Origin: Elusimicrobiota bacterium | GTDB taxonomy: Bacteria > Elusimicrobiota > Elusimicrobia > UBA1565 > UBA9628 | DNA length: 38,171 bases | Direction of reading: 5' to 3' | NCBI GenBank assembly: GCA_023700845.1 | Contig: JAMPYD010000003.1 | Span: 1-38,171, forward strand | In this document: positions 35,185-38,171 of the stretch, piece after piece | Layout: each line of letters starts with the position of its first letter | Position numbering within the stretch: position 1 is the stretch's first letter | Made by a program: the position numbers and the translations under genes | Notes under the pieces: generated by a model | Databases searched by the model: none | Told to the model about the DNA's origin: nothing | Seen by the model: only the letters and a program-made list of their open reading frames with translations

Positions 35185-35717
35185 GGCAGAGGGAGCTCGT
35201 CGGCGGGCGCGTCGGAGCGGGTGGCGCGAGGCGTTCGGCGCTCGGTGGCCAGCGAGGAGAGGGCTCGGGCCGCGGCCTCGGCGACCTCCGCGGCGTCGGA
35301 GAAGGCGTCCCCGCGAGGGTGGGCCGCGGAGCGCAGGACGGCGTCGCCGGAGCGCGCGTCGAGCGCGGAGACCTCGAGGGAGCGCCATGACGGGTCGAGG
35401 GACAGGAAGACGACCGCGTCGGCGCCGGTCGCGCGGCGGATCTCGTCGAGCAGCCGCGGGTTGCGCGCCGCCTCGAGCCCGATCGCCGAGCCGGCCAGGA
35501 CGCTGTCGGATTCCTCGAGCGCCGAGGCCTTGAGGCCTAGGCCCTCGAGGCGGGCGACGAGGTCGCGCGAGATCTGCACGCCCTTGCCGCGCGCGCCGCG
35601 CGTGGCGGCGACGGCGATGGTCCGGGCCCGGAAGGACGGCGCGCGGGAGAGCTCCTCGCGGCGGTCGCCGGTGCCGCAGCCGGCCAGCAGGAGAAGCGGC
35701 AGGAGCAACCGCCTCAT
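35181..35717 (-). CDS. Lipoprotein, probable CsgG/LpoB-like fold
   Basis: Lipobox LLAGC; TIAV, I..ATGADAVV, L.V...DARSG..V pattern. Confidence 0.65.
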   Translation of the reverse strand: MRRLLLPLLLLAGCGTGDRREELSRAPSFRARTIAVAATRGARGKGVQISRDLVARLEGLGLKASALEESDSVLAGSAIGLEAARNPRLLDEIRRATGADAVVFLSLDPSWRSLEVSALDARSGDAVLRSAAHPRGDAFSDAAEVAEAAARALSSLATERRTPRATRSDAPADELPLP

Positions 35718-35724
35718 GCGGGCT

Positions 35725-36234
35725 CTACCAGCCGTCGTTGTCGTCGTCTTCGTGGCCTTTGCCCTTCTTGCCGCCCTTGCCGCCGAAGCCGCCTTTCTTC
35801 TCGAAGCCCTCGCCGCGGGGCTTCTTCTTGTTGTCGTAGCGGTTCTTGCGGTCGGAGAAGGCCTTGCTGTCCGCGCCGAAGTTGGGGTTGCGCTCGCCGA
35901 AGCCGCCGGCGGGCCGGGGCGCGCCGCCGCCGGGGGCGCCGCCTCCGAAGGCGGGCCGGGGAGGGTAGCCGCCGGCGGGCCGGGGCTCCATCGGACGCGC
36001 CTCGTTGACCATGATGCGGCGCGCGCCCAACGTGAAATTGTTGTACTTCAGGAGGGCGGCCTGGGCCTGCTCGTCCGTGGACATCTCGACGAAGCCGAAG
36101 CCCTTCGAGCGGTTGGTCAGCTTGTCGATGATCACCTTCGCGCTCACCACTGCCCCGCACGCCGCGAACAGCTCCTTCAGTTGGGCGTCATTCGTCTCGT
36201 ACGGCAGGCCGCCCACGAACAGCTTCTTACCCAT
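35725..36234 (-). CDS. RRM RNA-binding protein with Gly/Lys-rich tail
   Basis: RNP2 LFVGGL, RNP1 KGFGFVEM, VNEARP; AGGAG SD and TATAAT upstream. Confidence 0.92.
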   Translation of the reverse strand: MGKKLFVGGLPYETNDAQLKELFAACGAVVSAKVIIDKLTNRSKGFGFVEMSTDEQAQAALLKYNNFTLGARRIMVNEARPMEPRPAGGYPPRPAFGGGAPGGGAPRPAGGFGERNPNFGADSKAFSDRKNRYDNKKKPRGEGFEKKGGFGGKGGKKGKGHEDDDNDGW

Positions 36235-36281
36235 TATCGGTTACTCTCCTTGCGTTTTGACCGTCTATAAATTATACACCA

Positions 36282-36668
36282 TCATCCGCGCCCAAGGGCC
36301 ATCCAACCGACGACGGCCAGGGCCTGGGACAGGGCCGTGCCGTACAGCGGCACGTAAGCGATCCAGGCACGGTCCCCGCTCTTCATCCAGGCCCGGGCCC
36401 AGCGGGTCGAGGGCACCTTGTCGATCCAGGCCGCCCCCCTCCTGATCTCGGGCTCCCCATAACGGGCGATGAGGAAGCACGACAGCCCGACCGCGGCCTT
36501 GCCCAGGAACAGCGCGGGGACGATCCCGATGCGCGCCATCAGCGCCCGCATGACGGGGTTGCCCTCGAGCGACAGGTCCCCGCCCATCCCGGCCACGGTC
36601 CAGCGCATGTCGGCCAGCGCGGCGGCGCAGTAGAAGACGGCGCCGAAGGTCAGGGCTTTGCGGTCGAT
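36282..36668 (-). CDS. DUF5658-like small membrane protein; start uncertain (ATC 36668 or ATG 36608)
   Basis: D..WT......EGNP.M motif and three hydrophobic segments; the first helix lies upstream of the ATG. Confidence 0.55.
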   Translation of the reverse strand: MDRKALTFGAVFYCAAALADMRWTVAGMGGDLSLEGNPVMRALMARIGIVPALFLGKAAVGLSCFLIARYGEPEIRRGAAWIDKVPSTRWARAWMKSGDRAWIAYVPLYGTALSQALAVVGWMALGRG

Positions 36669-36687
36669 GGCGATCCCGGGTGGGCGG

Positions 36688-37140
36688 CTACTTCGGGCTC
36701 ATGAGCCCCGGGACGACGGGGTTCTGCTTGCCGAACAGCTCGAGGACGGCGGGGTCTTCCTTCGGGGCCTTGTTCACGAAGCCGCGCAGCTCCTCGGGGA
36801 CGAGCTCGGGCGACTGGAAGACGGCGTGGTCGTGGGTGAGCTGGGAGTCGAGGGAGGTCTGGTCCATCGCGACCGTGGGCGTGGGCACCATCCTGATGGT
36901 GTCCCAGGGGCAGTCCTTCGCGCACAGGTTGCAGCCGATGCAGATGTCGTAGTTGACGTAGACGCCCTTGGCGGCGGGCACGTCGTCGCCGAATTTTTCA
37001 ATACACGACGGAACCGGGCAGACGGCGATGCAGACCTCGCAGCCGGTGCAGGCGTCGAGGTTGATGAGCGCCTTGATCTTGGCCTTGGACGCGCCCTTGA
37101 CGAGGGCGGCGCGGCGAGAGTCGTTCTGGGGAGCGGGCAT
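36688..37140 (-). CDS. 2[4Fe-4S] ferredoxin-domain protein
   Basis: CTGCEVCIAVCP and CIGCNLCAKDCP. Confidence 0.9.
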   Translation of the reverse strand: MPAPQNDSRRAALVKGASKAKIKALINLDACTGCEVCIAVCPVPSCIEKFGDDVPAAKGVYVNYDICIGCNLCAKDCPWDTIRMVPTPTVAMDQTSLDSQLTHDHAVFQSPELVPEELRGFVNKAPKEDPAVLELFGKQNPVVPGLMSPK

Positions 37141-37611
37141 TTAGACGGCCTCCAGGATGGCTTCGGCGTGGCCGGCGACGGACACCTTGCGCGCCGCCTG
37201 CACGATCCGGCCCGTGGGCCCGATCACGAAGGTGGAGCGCACGACGCCCATGAACTTGCGGCCGTAAAGGGACTTCTCCTGCCAGACGCCGTAGGCCCGG
37301 CATATGTCCTTCTCCTCGTCGACGAGCAAGGGGAAGGGCAGGCCGTGCTTGGCCTTGAAGCCGGCATGGGACTTGGCCGCGTCCGGGCTCACGCCGAGGA
37401 TGCGCGCGCCTTTCTTGACGAAGGCGTCGTACCGGTCGCGGAAGTCGCAGGCCTCGGTCGTGCAGCCGGAGGTGTTGTCCTTCGGATAGAAGTAGAGCAC
37501 CACGGTCTTGCCTTTGAGCGCCTTGAGCGACCACGTGCGGCCGGTCTCGTCCTGCGCGGAGAAATTGGGAGCCTTGTCGCCGGCGGCGACGGGCTTCTTG
37601 GTGGCGGGCAT
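37141..37611 (-). CDS. bcp: Peroxiredoxin Q / Bcp
   Basis: YFYPKDNTSGCTTEACDFRD, GVVRSTF; start set at ATG 37611, 7 nt after TGT-TACAAT. Confidence 0.93.
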   Translation of the reverse strand: MPATKKPVAAGDKAPNFSAQDETGRTWSLKALKGKTVVLYFYPKDNTSGCTTEACDFRDRYDAFVKKGARILGVSPDAAKSHAGFKAKHGLPFPLLVDEEKDICRAYGVWQEKSLYGRKFMGVVRSTFVIGPTGRIVQAARKVSVAGHAEAILEAV

Positions 37612-37653
37612 CGCGTTCATTGTAACAGGTATCGCCGGGGATGGTCAAACGTA

Positions 37654-38171
37654 CTATGAGAGGAGGCGGCGCACGGCCTGTCGAAGCTCATCGATGTCGA
37701 AGGGCTTGGGCAGGAACTCGGACTTGGTCCGGGAGAGGAACTCGAGCACCTTGGGGTTCAGGATATCCCCGGTCACGAAGAGCAGCCTGGCGCTCGAGCC
37801 GTTCGAGGACAGGCGCTCGTAGATGTCGGAGCCTTTGACCCCCTCCATCTCCATGTCGCTGATGACCAGGTCGAACGTCCCCGTCTCGAGGAGCTTGAGG
37901 GCCTCGGCGCCCCCGTGGGCGAGGACCGCCTCGTCGCCGTCCTCGCGCAGCAGGCGGGCGATCACCTCGGCGATGTCGGCCTCGTCGTCGGCGACCAGGA
38001 CGCGCTTGCCCGGCACGGCGGGGTGCCGCAGCCGCTCCTCCACGGCCTCGAGACTCTCGAAATCCTCCTCGCGGCCCTCGGGCAGGTCGAGCGTGAACGC
38101 GCAGCCGAGACCCGGGCGGTTCTCGAGGATCACGTCCCCCCCGTGCTCGCGGGCGATCTGCCGGCAGATCG
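37654..38171 (-). CDS. 3' end of a hybrid sensor histidine kinase (HATPase C-end plus receiver domain), partial
   Basis: ICRQIAREHGG.V......G.G..F...LP then VLVADDE, DLVISD, TG, KPF. Confidence 0.88.
   Translation of the reverse strand, partial: ICRQIAREHGGDVILENRPGLGCAFTLDLPEGREEDFESLEAVEERLRHPAVPGKRVLVADDEADIAEVIARLLREDGDEAVLAHGGAEALKLLETGTFDLVISDMEMEGVKGSDIYERLSSNGSSARLLFVTGDILNPKVLEFLSRTKSEFLPKPFDIDELRQAVRRLLS

Noticed and set aside
1-38171. CRISPR array, tRNA, rRNA, IS or prophage genes
   Set aside because: No regularly spaced direct repeats, no cloverleaf or rRNA-like non-coding blocks, and no transposase or phage motifs; the recurring palindromes are isolated copies.

Overview
High-GC bacterial chromosomal segment, densely coding; the gene content and style suggest a free-living diderm, possibly Elusimicrobiota (inference only). 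From left to right it holds: an lpoB-like/COG3014/LPP20 lipoprotein operon; an AsmA-family gene; a trypsin-like protease with an NlpC/P60 hydrolase; a tatA-cytidylyltransferase-MFS operon; a short AT-richer island with integron-type gene cassettes (one complete attC, no integrase in the window), carrying a BrnT/BrnA-type toxin-antitoxin pair whose toxin is internally deleted; further small accessory genes and a second, intact BrnT/BrnA-type pair; a respiratory locus (two paralogous lipoprotein dihaem cytochromes c, two convergent DUF1207-like beta-barrels, and a coxBACD-ctaA-ctaB operon whose subunit I lacks the K-channel lysine); crcB-yyaL plus a degenerate yyaL paralogue; a radical SAM gene; a HEAT-repeat gene; a DUF3015-DUF4105-hydrolase cluster; yceI; an APC permease; two L,D-transpeptidases with a lipoprotein; an RRM protein; a ferredoxin; bcp; and the 3' end of a hybrid histidine kinase. 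At least 11 genes look leaderless, and two different palindromes each recur at distant intergenic sites. No rRNA, tRNA or CRISPR array was seen. All family calls come from motif recognition by eye, not database searches.
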